The translations under genes and the position numbers were made by a program. Below, in pieces: positions 1 through 12,512 of a stretch of 64,000 nucleotides of DNA. Source of the DNA: Podarcis tiliguerta. Lineage: Eukaryota. The stretch's first letter is position 1; each line of letters opens with the position of its first letter. The DNA lies in assembly GCA_965153285.1 (NCBI GenBank), contig OZ229117.1. The stretch is one strand, 5' to 3'. The notes below the pieces were generated by a model. That model was not told the DNA's origin. It saw nothing but the letters and a program-made list of their open reading frames with translations, and searched no databases.

Positions 1-2201
1 TGCCTCCACGGCGAGAGACAGTCATGCTTCTGAATGCTAGCTGCTGGAAGCCACAGGTTAGATGAGCCACTGGCCTGATCTAGCAGACTGTTCTTAAGAT
101 CACAGTGCCACCATAGTGGGACTTGAGAGGATATTATAGCTCTTCCCTCCCCTACTCAGCAGCCTTGACTGTCTCAGGCCCCAGGGAACAAATGCAAAGA
201 GCAGCAGGAATTTGCCACCAGGTTCCTCTTGCCATCCTCAGAAGAAAATAGGGGAGCAACACTCTTGTCTAGGTATAACTTCCCTCCTTACTGTGACACA
301 TTGTTGTAAGTGCTCCATCTCCACTCTTCATCCCTTTTGTATGCTGTCTTTGTTTACACTGCAATCCCATCCTAAACTGGCTTCTGTAGCATAAGTGTGG
401 CCATAAATGTCCTTTTTGCGGTAGCTTGTGAATGTTTAACACAATGTTTAATCTCATAATGGATTCGTTTATATTGTGACAGAACAGTTGCATGCCAGAT
501 ACATTGAGAAACATTTGCTATAAGAACATTAAAAGAGTCTCATTGGATCAGCCACAAGGTCCATATAGCCCGACACCTCCCCTCCACCCACATGGACTAG
601 AAGCAAAATGCACCTCCCTGCCCCATTCAGCAATTTAACTTCAAGTTCAGGGATGGGGAACCTGCAAATCTCCAGGTGTTGATAGATTACAACTGCCATA
701 ATGCCTGAATATTGGAGTGCATCTGGGTACCATTCATCTAACAGATCAAGAGTAGCCAATGCAGTGACTTTTAGGAGCTGCTAGACTCCAACTCCCATCA
801 TACCTGGCCATTGGCCATGCTGGCTGAGGCTGATGGGAGTTGGAGTCCAACAACACCTGAACAGCACCCTGTTATCACCATATTAGGAACAGAGATGGGA
901 GAGAAACTCAATTCAGTCCATTTTTTTAATTGCAAACCTACCTAATTCGCATTTCCCAAATGACTATGCCAAGTGGAACGCAGCTGCCCTTTGAAATTCA
1001 CACTTCTCCAAATACTAGTGTGGACTTCTGCAACCAGAAATGTGTACAAAAATGCATATATGGATGACTGGTTTATTGCTCTTTGGCCAACCAGGTCAAT
1101 GCACACACATACTGGTAATACACAGATCACAAAGCAAAAGTATGCATCAGAATAAGTGCATGCAGAATACATGATTCCATCACAAAAACAGGGCAATACA
1201 TTTATTTTAACCTTTGTGATCTTCAGCTGCAATCAATAGCTTTCACTTCTCCGTAGCCTATTTCACAAATGTGGAGGTTCCCAAGAAAAGAAGTTTGGCA
1301 TCGGTGACTTTCGCGTCTCCTCTAGCTTTGCACCTCAGTAATTGCACACCAACAAGTCCGTTTCATTGCAATTCATGAGGACAGTAAACACAATATCCAG
1401 CCTTCCTTGTCAAAGAGTTTCATTCAGGTGACTTTATTTCAAGACTTTCTCTGATGTGAGCCCGAGGAACATTATTCATCTCATGTTTATTAAAGGAAAC
1501 ATCTCTCCACCACTCATTTACTCAATGGCAACGATAAATCTGCTGAAGCTGAGAAATGCATAAAGGAGGACAGGAATTGCATTTTTACTACTTCACATTG
1601 AACATTTTGTGCTGCCAGTCTTGAGCAGGAGTAATAGGCTGAACCGGATGTGCTGCTGCCTGTACCTAACACTTGCAATTATTGACTACCCCGTCACCTT
1701 TCTCTGAATGGCTAAGTGGAGATGTCATATTTGCAGGGGCTTTTGGTTACCAAATCACATTCACACACATTTTGGATGTTTCTATTTAACATTAAGTTTA
1801 TTTTTTAAAAAAATTAAAACCAACTTTAAAAGTGAAGAAAAAGAATAATATTTTTGTCCTTTCTTTTTAATTTGCTTGGAACATTCATTTTGAGGAAGTG
1901 TGACTGGCAGTAACTAAGATTGCGGACTCAGGTTGCATTTCTAACCCCACTTACCTGGGAATAAGAGTGAGAGTGTGTACTGTGAAAGGGAAGTTGGTTT
2001 AAGTTTTCAAATGGAGAGAGAAGGCTGAGGAGAAGCCCTGTGAGAAATGACTTACCCCTCTTCATTCTACCTTCCTTCCCCTGAAGCCTCTGAGAAGGAG
2101 ACGAAAACCCCTATAAGGTTAAGTCAGACCTTGATGCCCAGCAAGCCTATCAGAGATCCTGGGCACATGCTATAATTACAATGTGACCAACTATCCTTCA
2201 T

Positions 2202-2510
2202 GAGAGCCAGTGTGATATAGTGGTTAAGAGTGGTAGACTCGTAATCTGGTGAACCAGGTTCGCGTCTCCGCTCCTCCACATGCAGCTGCAGGATGACCTT
2301 GAGCTAGTCACACTTCTCTGAAGTCTCTCAGCCTCACTCACCACACAGAGTGTTTGTTGTGGGGGAGAAAGGGAAAAGGAGATTGTTAGCCGATTGAGAC
2401 TCCTTAAGGGAAGTGAAAGGTGGGAAATCATGTCCAAACTCCTCCTCCTCCTCTTCCTCCTCCTCCTCTTCTTCTTCTTCCTCTTCTTCTTCTTCCTCTT
2501 CTTCTTCTTC
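2202..2510 (+). mobile_element. tRNA-derived SINE with (CTC/CTT)n tail, Squam3-like, full length
   Basis: A-box-like TGTGATATAGTGG and B-box-like GGTTCGCGTCTCC. Near-identical to the copies at 22436, 39464 and 46955. Tail 2439-2510. Short flanking repeat CTTCATG at 2196-2202 and 2507-2513. Confidence 0.85.
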
Positions 2511-3035
2511 ATGTTTAACTCTTGGAGGTCACAGGCCTGGATATTGCTGCCTCTTCTCCTTGCTCCATTGCTGCTTGGTTTGGACACAAAGCTTACTTTT
2601 CTACCTACTGGTTTTGATCAGTCCCACCTGAGCCATTATTAGAACTTGAGTCAGGAAACAACAACACTGGATCCCTGTCGAGGCCCACCCTCTTCATGTT
2701 GCTGCCTGTGCAGCTGCCCCCTCCAAACAAGTAGCAAGGAAGAGGACCTCCCTCATGCCTTGTTGTTTTTCTCTGAGACATAGTGTAGACTGAGCCCAGA
2801 GGGAGAGGCAAGCAAAGCAGCCATGGCAACTGCAGTGGGCCAACTAAGATGCTATTGGCCAAAGGATGTCTATAACTTGGAATCACACTGGCAATTATAA
2901 AGGGAAGCATCCTTCCAGTCTGCTGACAGCTGGATCTTCCTCACTGAGAATCATAAGGTAGCAGCTTGGGCCACATTTCCTTTTCATGATTACGGTATAT
3001 CAGTTGCTACTAGAAGCAGGATAAGGGTTTATTCT

Positions 3036-3224
3036 CAGGGATGGGGGGGATTTAAAATATGTGTATTAAGAAAAATGTACACTAAACTGTTGGTGATTTT
3101 TTTTGTGAAGACTTAAAAAAAAATACAAAACACCAAACTGATGCAGAGATGTGATAAACTGAACTTAAAATTGGAAAACTGAGAAAATGAGCTATGTTGA
3201 AATTGACAGATTCATTCATCCCCA
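3036..3224 (+). mobile_element. Internally deleted non-autonomous DNA element of the (T/C)AGGGATG...CATCCCT family
   Basis: Ends CAGGGATGG...CATCCCCA. Right half matches 25900-26073. Confidence 0.55.
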
Positions 3225-4694
3225 ATGCCACTTCGGCTCCTTCAAGTACATTGCCTGAAATACTAAAATGCACATTTTGAGTTTCTGGCCCTGCTCCAAA
3301 ACATCAAACAGAGCAGCATGACCATGACCCTTCTTTAACAATCTGGACTGTGCCCAGAGATCAGTTGTTTGGAAGGGAATCAGAAGGGCGCTAAAACCAG
3401 CCCTTGCTGGCCATCCCAAACAGCAAATCAGGAAGAATCCCAGCTTTTAATGTAGATGGAGCCCAAGGGGATTTCAGCACTTGTTTGCACAAGCAACATC
3501 CCATCTATGCTTCTCTGCTTCTCAATGCCCCTCCCTCCATCTTTGTCTCTCAATCCTTCTGCAACTGATCTTTCAAGTGCTGTGTCTTGGAAGCTGAACA
3601 AGCTAAGCAAAGAAGTCAACATTTATTTATTTAGATTCACAACCCTTGGTGGAAACCTGGGTTTGTGCCTTGAGTGTATCAATGGGCCATGCAGGCTCAG
3701 TGAGACAGAAGCTATCCCAAGAGGATGTTTTTCTGATGAAATGACATTACCTTGTACCACCGGATCTTATAAGCGACCTTGTGACCTTGGTGTCTCTTCA
3801 AGGCAAGCAGGAGAAAGCTGCAGCAAGCTTAACACCTGAGGAAGTCTAAAGTTAAAAAAAGAGAAAAGTAGGACACCAGTATGTCGCACCTTCTGCCCTC
3901 CCCATCCAGTGGTAGCAAAGGGGAAAAAATGTGATGCTATTTATGAACCATTCAGGCTTAAAAATAGCGAGAGTTATACATGGAAATAGGTTAGTGATTG
4001 AAATCAATGCCTACATATGATGAAATCCTTGAGGGGGGGGGAAGGCTCATGGGGAGGGAGGCCTCCTGCAAGGCAATCAGTAATTCCAGGAATACATCTG
4101 GTCTCCCTCTGCCTATGGCTCGAGGTGATACTTCCTTGGGGAGGCACCTGTGAATATGACCCAAATTAGGTCCAAATCAAGCCACTTTTGCACCTCCGAT
4201 TTGAATCTCCAAAGTAAACTCTGATTCTCAGTAATCATCATAGACAACCTTTGTGGGACAGTGAAAGCCTTCCCAGGTTCTCATGGTTATAATTTTAGTT
4301 GATGTTCATTGCACTGTGTATCAAGCTGGGGAGAAAGCACGTGGTAGCATTTTGACAGTGCAGAGAACATGAGAACAGGACTAAGACGAGTTTAAACTAT
4401 GGGGGCCAGAAGTGACATTTGTCTAAAGATGTCAGAGGATTCAGACTCAAATGAAAAGGGGAGCAGACCTTGCATCCCATGTTCAGAATGGAAATCAATC
4501 CAGCAAATACAATCAGTATTTACTGATGTTGTTGCTTTCAGTCCCCAAACAATACATCATCAATCACTTTTTCGCCTAATTTTCACTGAGTTTTCTTTGC
4601 ACCAAAATAACATAATGCCAACATAATTGGCATAATTTACCCAATTAATTACATAAATTATGTAAATTTCCTACAGTACGCAGCAATATTAATA

Positions 4695-4930
4695 CGGTCA
4701 TATCTCTTGTTTTGTTTGCTTCACGTTGCGGCTTTTTGGGTTGCAAACGTGGCAAACCCGGAAATGTATACTTTCAGGTTTTGCTGCACACGCAGAAGCG
4801 TTCTGCACACTTCGCACATGTGCAGAAGCGCTCTATCGCACTCCGAGCTTGCGCAGAAGCGGCAGTCTAGTTGCAGACTTTTCGGGTTGCGAATGGCACC
4901 CTGGAACAGACACATCTAGAGGTACCACTG
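4695..4930. mobile_element. Tc1/mariner (Tigger-like) MITE
   Basis: Right end GAGGTACCACTG followed by TA; left end degenerate. Body is the reverse complement of the copy at 54950-55192. Confidence 0.7.
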
Positions 4931-5169
4931 TAAAGTAATTTTGGGAAGAGGACAGATTGCAGTGGAATAGAAACAGTGCTGCCTTCTTAAATCTCTGCAT
5001 GTGCCAAGCTAGACCTGACAAGTGTGTTCTCCATCCCATGATCCCTGAGGTCAGTGGTAGAAACTGGAATATTGAGCTGAAAAGGGGTCCCCAAATTTTA
5101 TTAGCACTAGATACTGAAGTTGTCCAAACATGGACAAAGTTCAGAGTCTCAGGTAGCATTGAGAATTAT

Positions 5170-5208
5170 ACACACACACACGCACACACACACACGCACA
5201 CACACACA
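5170..5208. repeat. (CA)n microsatellite, interrupted
   Basis: Directly visible. Confidence 0.95.
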
Positions 5209-5976
5209 AATATGAGAGACTTCTTAGTATCCTGGTCCTAAATCTCCATGTTCAAACTTCATTTCCTTCCTGTCCATCCCTGTTGCTCATTTCACCTTTT
5301 CCAGCTGCTGCATTCAGCACTTCGTGCCTATCTCTATCATCAGTTAGAATGCTTGTGAACATTCTGTAACGCAACAGCAATTCATCCAAGGCCAAGCCCC
5401 CCTCCCCCCGATATCAGGATATATAGATATATATGAAATTGAAAATCCTTTTGATGAATTGGAATAACAAGGGGAGAGATCCAACAAACAACATAAAAAT
5501 TGAGAATTTACATCATTCTATTTTTCTCTGCTTTCCCCAAGTGGAATGTGTGAATTTATAGCGCATGGAGATGGAGGACTTTTCCAAAAGAATATTACAA
5601 CACAAATTTCTTGGTGGGGAGCCAACTGCTCTATCAGCAGTTCTAAATTTTTATATTTTATGGTAGCTGGGGACATAAAACAAGCACACTAGCTCCTAGC
5701 AACAATAATAAGACTTTGAATATCCTACCCTCATTGCTGTATTCATGAAAATTTTACATTTCTTCCTACATACTAATCTTGCACATATACGACTTCATGA
5801 GTATTGCTTCCATCATGACAATTTTATTATTAGATGTTAATATTGAGTATGTTTTCATTCTGCTTGAGTTGATGGAAGGTGGTGAGAAGTTTCTGGTTAG
5901 TCAGAAACGCTGTGATCCTCGGTGAAGCCCTCAGAAAGGATATTGTAACGGTAGGAAAGTCCACACAAGGACAGAC

Positions 5977-6631
5977 AAAATAATCAAGGGGATGGAGCAA
6001 CTCATCTATGAGGAGAGGGTTCAGCATTTTCTTTGCAAGCATTTGGGGCGCAGGTGGCGCTGTGGGTTAAACCACAGAGCCTAGGGCTTGGCGATCAGAG
6101 GGTTGGCGGTTCGAATCTCTGTGACAGGGTGAGCTCCTGTTGCTCGGTCCCTGCTCCTGCCAACCTAGCAGATCAAAAGGATGAAGTGCAAGTAGATAAA
6201 TAGGTACCACTCCAGCGGGAAGGTAAACGGTGTTTCCGTGCGCTGCTCTGGTTCGCCAGAAGCGGCTTAGTCATGCTGGCCACATGACCCGGAAGTTGTA
6301 CGCCGGCTCCCTCAGCCAATAAAGCGAGATGAGCACCGCAACCCCAGAGTCGTCCGTGACTGGACCTAATGGTCAGGGGTCCCTTGACCTTTACCTTTAG
6401 TTTAGATGAAAGGCCAAGCAAGGCGTGACATGACAGAAGTTTATAAAATTATGCATAGAGAAAAAGTGGATGTAGAGAAAAAAATTCTTCCTCTGTCATA
6501 GCACTAGAACTTTTAGGCATCCAATGAGGTTGAAGGTTGGAAGATTCAGAACAGATAAAGGAAAGTACTTTGTGCAGCACCCAGTTAAACTATGGAACTC
6601 ACTTCCACATGAGGCAGTGATGGCCACCAAC
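5977..6631 (+). mobile_element. CR1 LINE 3' fragment interrupted by a Sauria SINE
   Basis: AAAATAATCAAGGGGATGGAG...TATAAAATTATGCATAG...AAACTATGGAACTCACTTCCACATGAGGCAGTGATGGCCACCAAC. Collinear with the CR1 copy at 34119-34630. Confidence 0.8.
6045..6398 (+). mobile_element. Sauria SINE (Squam1/POM-like), subfamily A, full length
   Basis: tRNA head GGGGCGCAGGTGGCGCTGTGGG, B box GGTTCGAATC, Bov-B-related tail ending (ACCTTT)n. No TSD visible. Confidence 0.92.
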
Positions 6632-9433
6632 TTCTGCCTCAAGAGTCTTTTCCCTTGAAGAAGGGGGTTCTGATGCCAGGGTCATGCCAGGGGCCAGACT
6701 GTTCTCCTTCTTTCTATGATGTTCTTCCTGGGAGGCTGAGGGTGCAGCTTCCTTATGGCCCTTGAGCGACTGGCTGATGGCAGGAGCCACAGTGTGTGTA
6801 AATTCAGCTCCTTACTCCAGAGACAATCCCTCTGATTGCTTGCACACACTGACTGCTCCAGTAAAATTGCTGTTCCCATAAACTGGGTTGCTTTCCTCAT
6901 GTATGTATCAAGGCAGCAACTGAAATTACAAAATCACTGAAAGTTCTTGTGTGTAAAATACCTGACTGAAAACTTATGAGTAGTTTTGGCTTTAGTTCTG
7001 TTTGAAACAAAATTGCACAGCATTTCCAGAGACATTGTAAAAACAAAAAAACAAAAATAAATTTAAGAAATCAATCCTGGGTTTCTTAAAAATGGAATGA
7101 AATGGGGTGAGTAGTTTCATCCTCCTATTACAATACTCCACACCCACCATTTCCCACATGCTTTATTACCTTTACTTTAAAAACAATACAGTGCCATGTT
7201 AAATGGGCATTTGAATTGCACTTATTCTATATGCATTATTCCTTCCTCTGAAATATGCATGTGTGTAATTTTCAGCACATTTCCCTCCAAGATCCGCATT
7301 TTTTATACATTTTTGAAGCAAAACTGCAGTGCAAAATTCAGAGAAGTGTACAGTCTGTCAGCTGCATTCTGATCTACATTGGGACCATCAAATTAGGATG
7401 GTTTGCTTAAAAATGCAAACCAATACATTGCATTGCATTGATTGTATTGTGTTTTGTTTGTAGCATTTGCAATCCATTCTTCAGCTACAAAGCTTCCTAG
7501 AGCAGCTTACTTACCTTATGGTCAGTTAAAACCAGAACTCACTGCTCATAGGGTTGCAATCTAAAATAAATGATGGAAAAGGAAAAAAGTGAGAGGGAGG
7601 AAAGAGGAAGAAAACAACCTCAAGCACCAATTCCTAAAGTTAAAAAGGTTCAAAGGGTTTGGGAGATGGGGTGGGGCAGGGATTTAAAATGTCAGAGACC
7701 CATTCTTGGCCAGTTCAAATAAAAAGTTGGTTTTGCAAAGAATCAGTAAGCTAGTATGCCAGCTCACCACCTACATTCAAATGTTTGTGGGGTTATAATT
7801 GTCATAATAAAAACCTCACTCCCATGCCTCTCATCCTTTCTTTTATTACTTCCCCCTATGTATCTGCAGTGGCATTGCAAAGATTTCCATCTGTCTCTTT
7901 AATATGTTTTGGTTATTTTCTTATTTTTCTTGGTGTGGGGGGGAATATGATTAGAATGTGAAAAGTTTGTTAAACCAAAGAGTTCATCAGATTCTCACAG
8001 GGAAGGCTGAGTGACAAAGCCCTGAAGCAAATTCTCGGGGGAGAAAAGGATATTAAACTTCCATCCTCCTCCTCCTTTTTTTTTGTAATAAAATGAGAAC
8101 AGCATTTAAGTTTTATGGGAGGAGACAAGGGTAATGCAAACAGCTGCAAAACAGGAAGGTGGCATTTTATCCATCAAGTCCCAAAACATTTGAAAAGCAA
8201 AACAAAAAAGGGAATAAAAATTAGATCCTTAAATGGGCATAGGATTGGTTCATAGACGCTAGCCCAATTTGGTAGGAAGTAGAGACGCCAGACAAATCAA
8301 TAAAACCCTTTATAACCATGCTGGGGAACTAAGGCCTGTGGATCACATTTGTTTGTTTATAAAAATATTTATAAACCATCAGTTCATTTAAAAACCATAG
8401 CAGTCTGCAAAAATATTATTAGAACATCATAAAATGATAAGATAATTAAAAAGATCATAAAACAGAACAAATGACCAACACTGCATGAAATTACCTAAAA
8501 ATGCTTGGGAAAATGACATTTGGAAAAACAAAAGCCATGTGACCCTCATAGCCTAATTACGCGCAGCCCATAGAGTTGTGGAGGAGGCGGGGGAGGGGAG
8601 GGGAGGGAGGGGACTGGCAATGGCACATGTCTGCCCACCCAGGAGAGCTTCATAGCCCTGGTATTTAGAGAACATTAAACACATGTTCAGGCCAATGCAC
8701 TTTTAGCGCAAAGGTCTGAAGGGTTTTTTAAAGGAGTATCCACCTAAAGGTGCTTAGAAACTAACCCTGTGAACGAAAACCCTGATGAGCCACAGTTTGC
8801 CATTTTCAAGGAGGCATCTGTGTATGTTCGATTCAGGGCACTTTTCAAAATTTTGTCCATGGCTGTTATCAATGTATGTGGAACTAAGTAAGATTAAGGG
8901 AACCAGGAATTGACTTAGCACAAGCCATAGAGAGACAGAGGAGGAGAGTCAGAGAGTGTTAGGGGTGGAATGCAAGCTTCTGTAAATAAAGTTTACAGCT
9001 CTTAATAATAACTAACACAACTTGAAACAATGGTTTTAATCTTGGTATTATTCTATCAGTAGCTTTGGGTCATTTACAGGTAACTCACAACTTTTACAGG
9101 TAACTCACAACACACATTTAACTTGTGCACATACATCCTTACATTTATTGGCAGAAATAAAAACTCAAAAGGGGGAGGAAAGGGGGTGGAAAGGGGCAAG
9201 CATTGGGGGGACAACTTTTGGCAATTCCACCCACCATTGAACCCAATGTGTTTTGACTAGACACAATTTTGGCTTTGCCTGCTATCCCTGGAATGTAACC
9301 CCAGCACAAGTTGAGAGTTGCCTGAACTCTTAAAAAACAATTGACTAAGAAATGCAATAAGTAAACAAATGACCACTTCCAGCCTTTGTACTTATCATGC
9401 AAACATCTGAACGCGGGTGGCGCAACTAAGGAC

Positions 9434-9763
9434 CAGGGCCGGATTTAGGTTTGATGAGGCCCTAAGCTACTGAAGGTAATGGGGCCCTTTATATGTCCAG
9501 CTGTCCTTTGTCAACAACAAATTGTCGCTGTTTTTTGTGTTGAATAGGGAGCAGGCTAGCAGGCAGGGCCCATTACTTACATCATAGGAGCCCGCACAAC
9601 ACAAAACACTGTTGCTGTATGTAGGTTTTATTTTATTTGTTTTTTATCTTATATTTTGGAAATATATATCCAGGGTTTTTTCCCCTTAATTGTTTTGGGG
9701 GGCCCCCAAGAGAGTGGGGCCCTAAGCTATAGCTTGTTTAGCTTATACATAAATCCAGCACTG
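9434..9763. mobile_element. hAT-superfamily MITE
   Basis: TIRs CAGGGCCGGATTTA / TAAATCCAGCACTG (12/14). Perfect 8-bp TSD CTAAGGAC at 9426-9433 and 9764-9771. Confidence 0.92.
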
Positions 9764-9775
9764 CTAAGGACACAT

Positions 9776-10112
9776 AGGTAAAGTAAAGGTAAAGGGACCC
9801 CTGACCATTAGGTCCAGTTGTGACCGACTCTGGGGTTGCGGCACTCATCTCGCTTTATTGGCTGAGGGAGCCGGCGTACAGCTTCTGGGCCAGCATGACT
9901 AAGCCGCTTCTGGCGAACCAGAGCAGCACACGAAAAGGCCGTTTACCTTCCCACTGGAGCAGTACCTATTTATCTGCTTGCACTTTGACGTGCTTTTGAA
10001 CTGCTAGGTTGGCAGGAGCAGGGACCAAGCAATGAAGCTCACCCCATTGCGGGGATTCGAACCACCAACCTTCTGAATGGCAAGTCCTAGGCTCTGTCGT
10101 TTAACCCACAGC
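9776..10112 (-). mobile_element. Sauria SINE subfamily A lacking its first ~14 nt (missing piece found inverted at 9411-9423)
   Basis: (AAAGGT)n tail at 9776-9793. Body is the reverse complement of 6059-6398. Confidence 0.92.
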
Positions 10113-11946
10113 TCAAACCTTGCCAAAGTTACACCCTCAGACCCTCCACCTGCAAATCTCTTGCTCTCACTCTCTTCTTCACAGACAGATTTTCTGGGAT
10201 GGGGAGGGGTGAGAGAAAATGGTGACTTTTCCAGTTTTATATAACATAAAATAAAATCATCTGATAACCCCAGGAACTATTTGTCTGAACCTTGGCAAGC
10301 TTCTTACCCAGGAGCATCTTCTTCAAATCCTCCAGTTTTCAAACTGATTGCTCACCAAATAGGTAAATAAGTAAAAGTAAGTAAATATGGGGTGTGGGGG
10401 GAGAACATCTTTTCTATTTTCCCACACTTGAAGGAGAACTGCTACAGCTATCTGGCTGAAATCTGGCAAGCTCCCCTCCCCTCAGAAGGGCAAAAAGCTC
10501 TCCAATTTGCACCAGTTCTTTTTTAAAAAAAGAAATACATTAAAAATTAAAGGTTCCCTACATAAAAACATCCAGGTGGATTTGCCTGGAATTTGGTAGG
10601 CTGAATCCACTCTGGAGGGGCTCTTTTGATGTAATCATCATCATCAGTAGTAATAGTAGTAGTTTATTATTTATAAATTGCTTCCTACAAAGCAAATTCA
10701 CAATACAATAAAAACACTGCAAGTATAACAACAATATCAAATCCAATATACCCACTTATTGAAGAAGGGGGAAATAGTTATAGCTGTTTTTAGAGTCTCC
10801 ATGATAGTCAAGAGGGGATGGAGATAAACAGAGCTTTAGATTTAACAGATCAGATTTGGATCCAAAAAAGAATGACATGGAGAAAATCTGAAACTGATCT
10901 ATCTGCATCTGAAAAACTACAAGTGAATCTTTTGGTTGCTACACATATGGATATATTCACAATATACTGTACTTGATTTCACAGCTTGGGAGCAGCAGAT
11001 ACCTTTTACTAATGGGAAAATATCCTAACTGTTCTTGAAAGAACTCTTGCCATTATTCTTTTCATCCTTTGGACTTTGTGAAAGGACACTGGATATTATG
11101 GAACTTGCTCAGAATAGCATATGTTCAGTTGCCTTTAAGATGAAGGATGCTGTAGTGCCTAGGTCTTTTGAGCACGGCAGAGGTGGGTGGGGTTAAGGTA
11201 CAGGAAAATTTTCAGGTAGTTCAGAAGTAAATGTGTGTGAGTAAAATGTCAATTAAGAAAATGAAAATCAGAGAGTGATATGCAATTAATATTGCTTGAG
11301 TTAGGCGAGAGGCTCACTGATTTATTTATTTTTAATATACCCTTCAATTAAAAGCATTTTAATTTTAAGGAATATGTCAGAATTACATGGTGTGGGACTA
11401 GGAATTATCCTCACCCCCATTTCATAAGATTTCCCTAGTTATATAGTTACAGCTATATAAATCCAAAAGCATGGACTCCTTTCAATTAAAGTCATTTTAA
11501 TTTCAGGAGGCAAAAAAGCCCCCTAAGGAAACTATGCCAGCTGTCTTGAGACATTGTGGTAATTATATCCTCTCTGTTTTGAAGAGCTTCTCTCAGGAAT
11601 GAGTGCCTACACATTCGTTTCTAAATAATATTTGACTCCCATACCCCTCCAAAATGTTCTGGGGAGAGGTAATAACATTAACAATTATGCTCAAAAAAGT
11701 CTCCTGACCACACCTGCCCCATTTGCAGAGTAGACCTACGCATTTGGCAAGTGGTGGTGAGTTGATGACAAATGACAACAAAGCCTTATAAAGATGCCAT
11801 CAAATGGGCAGGGAACCTCAGGCTTGTGGGCTAAATGTCCTCCTTATCTGGTCCTCAGGTCTCTCACCAAGTCACCCTTCCTTTTGTCAGGCCACACCTC
11901 TCACTGGCCCTGCTCCACACCTCCTCAAGTACTTTGCTTGGCTGGA

Positions 11947-11947
<1 letters not shown>

Positions 11948-11993
<46 letters not shown>

Positions 11994-12036
11994 CATTAAT
12001 TTATATCCTGCCTTTCCTCCCCAAGGAGCCCAGAGG
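11948..12036 (-). mobile_element. (ATT)n microsatellite tail plus short L2/Squam3-type 3' end
   Basis: (TTA)n at 11948-11993 followed by TTTATATCCTGCCTTTCCTCCCCAAGGAGCCCAG. Confidence 0.6.
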
Positions 12037-12053
12037 AATGTGTGCTTGTCCCT

Positions 12054-12512
12054 CAGGGTTAAGCCCAAGACATTTTGGCACCTGAAGCAAACCCCAAAAT
12101 CATGCTCTCTCCACCCACTAGGGAAGAAGGGGTGAGTAAAGATCTACATTGGAAACATGGGGGGGATCAAACCAAACTTACCTTATAGTTGATGGTCATC
12201 ACAGTGGGGAAAGATCCAGATCACTCTGGATCATGATGAGCAAGTGCAGAGCCCAAGAGACCCCAGAGGGTCTGCCACTTCCTCCTTAGGAGGAGACCAG
12301 CAGTGTGCCTTATTCACCAAGAAGCTGCTATAGAGGCAGCATGGTGAGGAGCCACCAAGCACACCACAGATCTGGCCTCCAAGGAGTGCACTGCAACAGT
12401 GGCACCAGCAGCAACAACAGGCAGTGCATTCCTTGAAGACCTGATCTGCTGTCCCTAAGGATCCTGCCACCTGAGGCAGTTGCTTCACTTTGCCTCATGG
12501 GTGGACTGGGCC
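12054..12512. mobile_element. Degenerate hAT-like non-autonomous element
   Basis: Ends resemble CAGGG...AGCCC / GGACTGGGCCT, with subterminal GCACCTGAAGCA / CACCTGAGGCA motifs. No TSD seen. Confidence 0.4.

Noticed and set aside
2198-2642. Poly-K/R, poly-S and poly-L/F ORFs (also 11794-12135, 34837-35256, 61102-61506, 62733-62957)
   Set aside because: They are translations of microsatellite tails and SINE bodies, not genes.
11341-11507. ~30-bp imperfect direct repeat 137 bp apart
   Set aside because: It is AT-rich with only two copies and is probably internal to an old repeat; there is no array structure.
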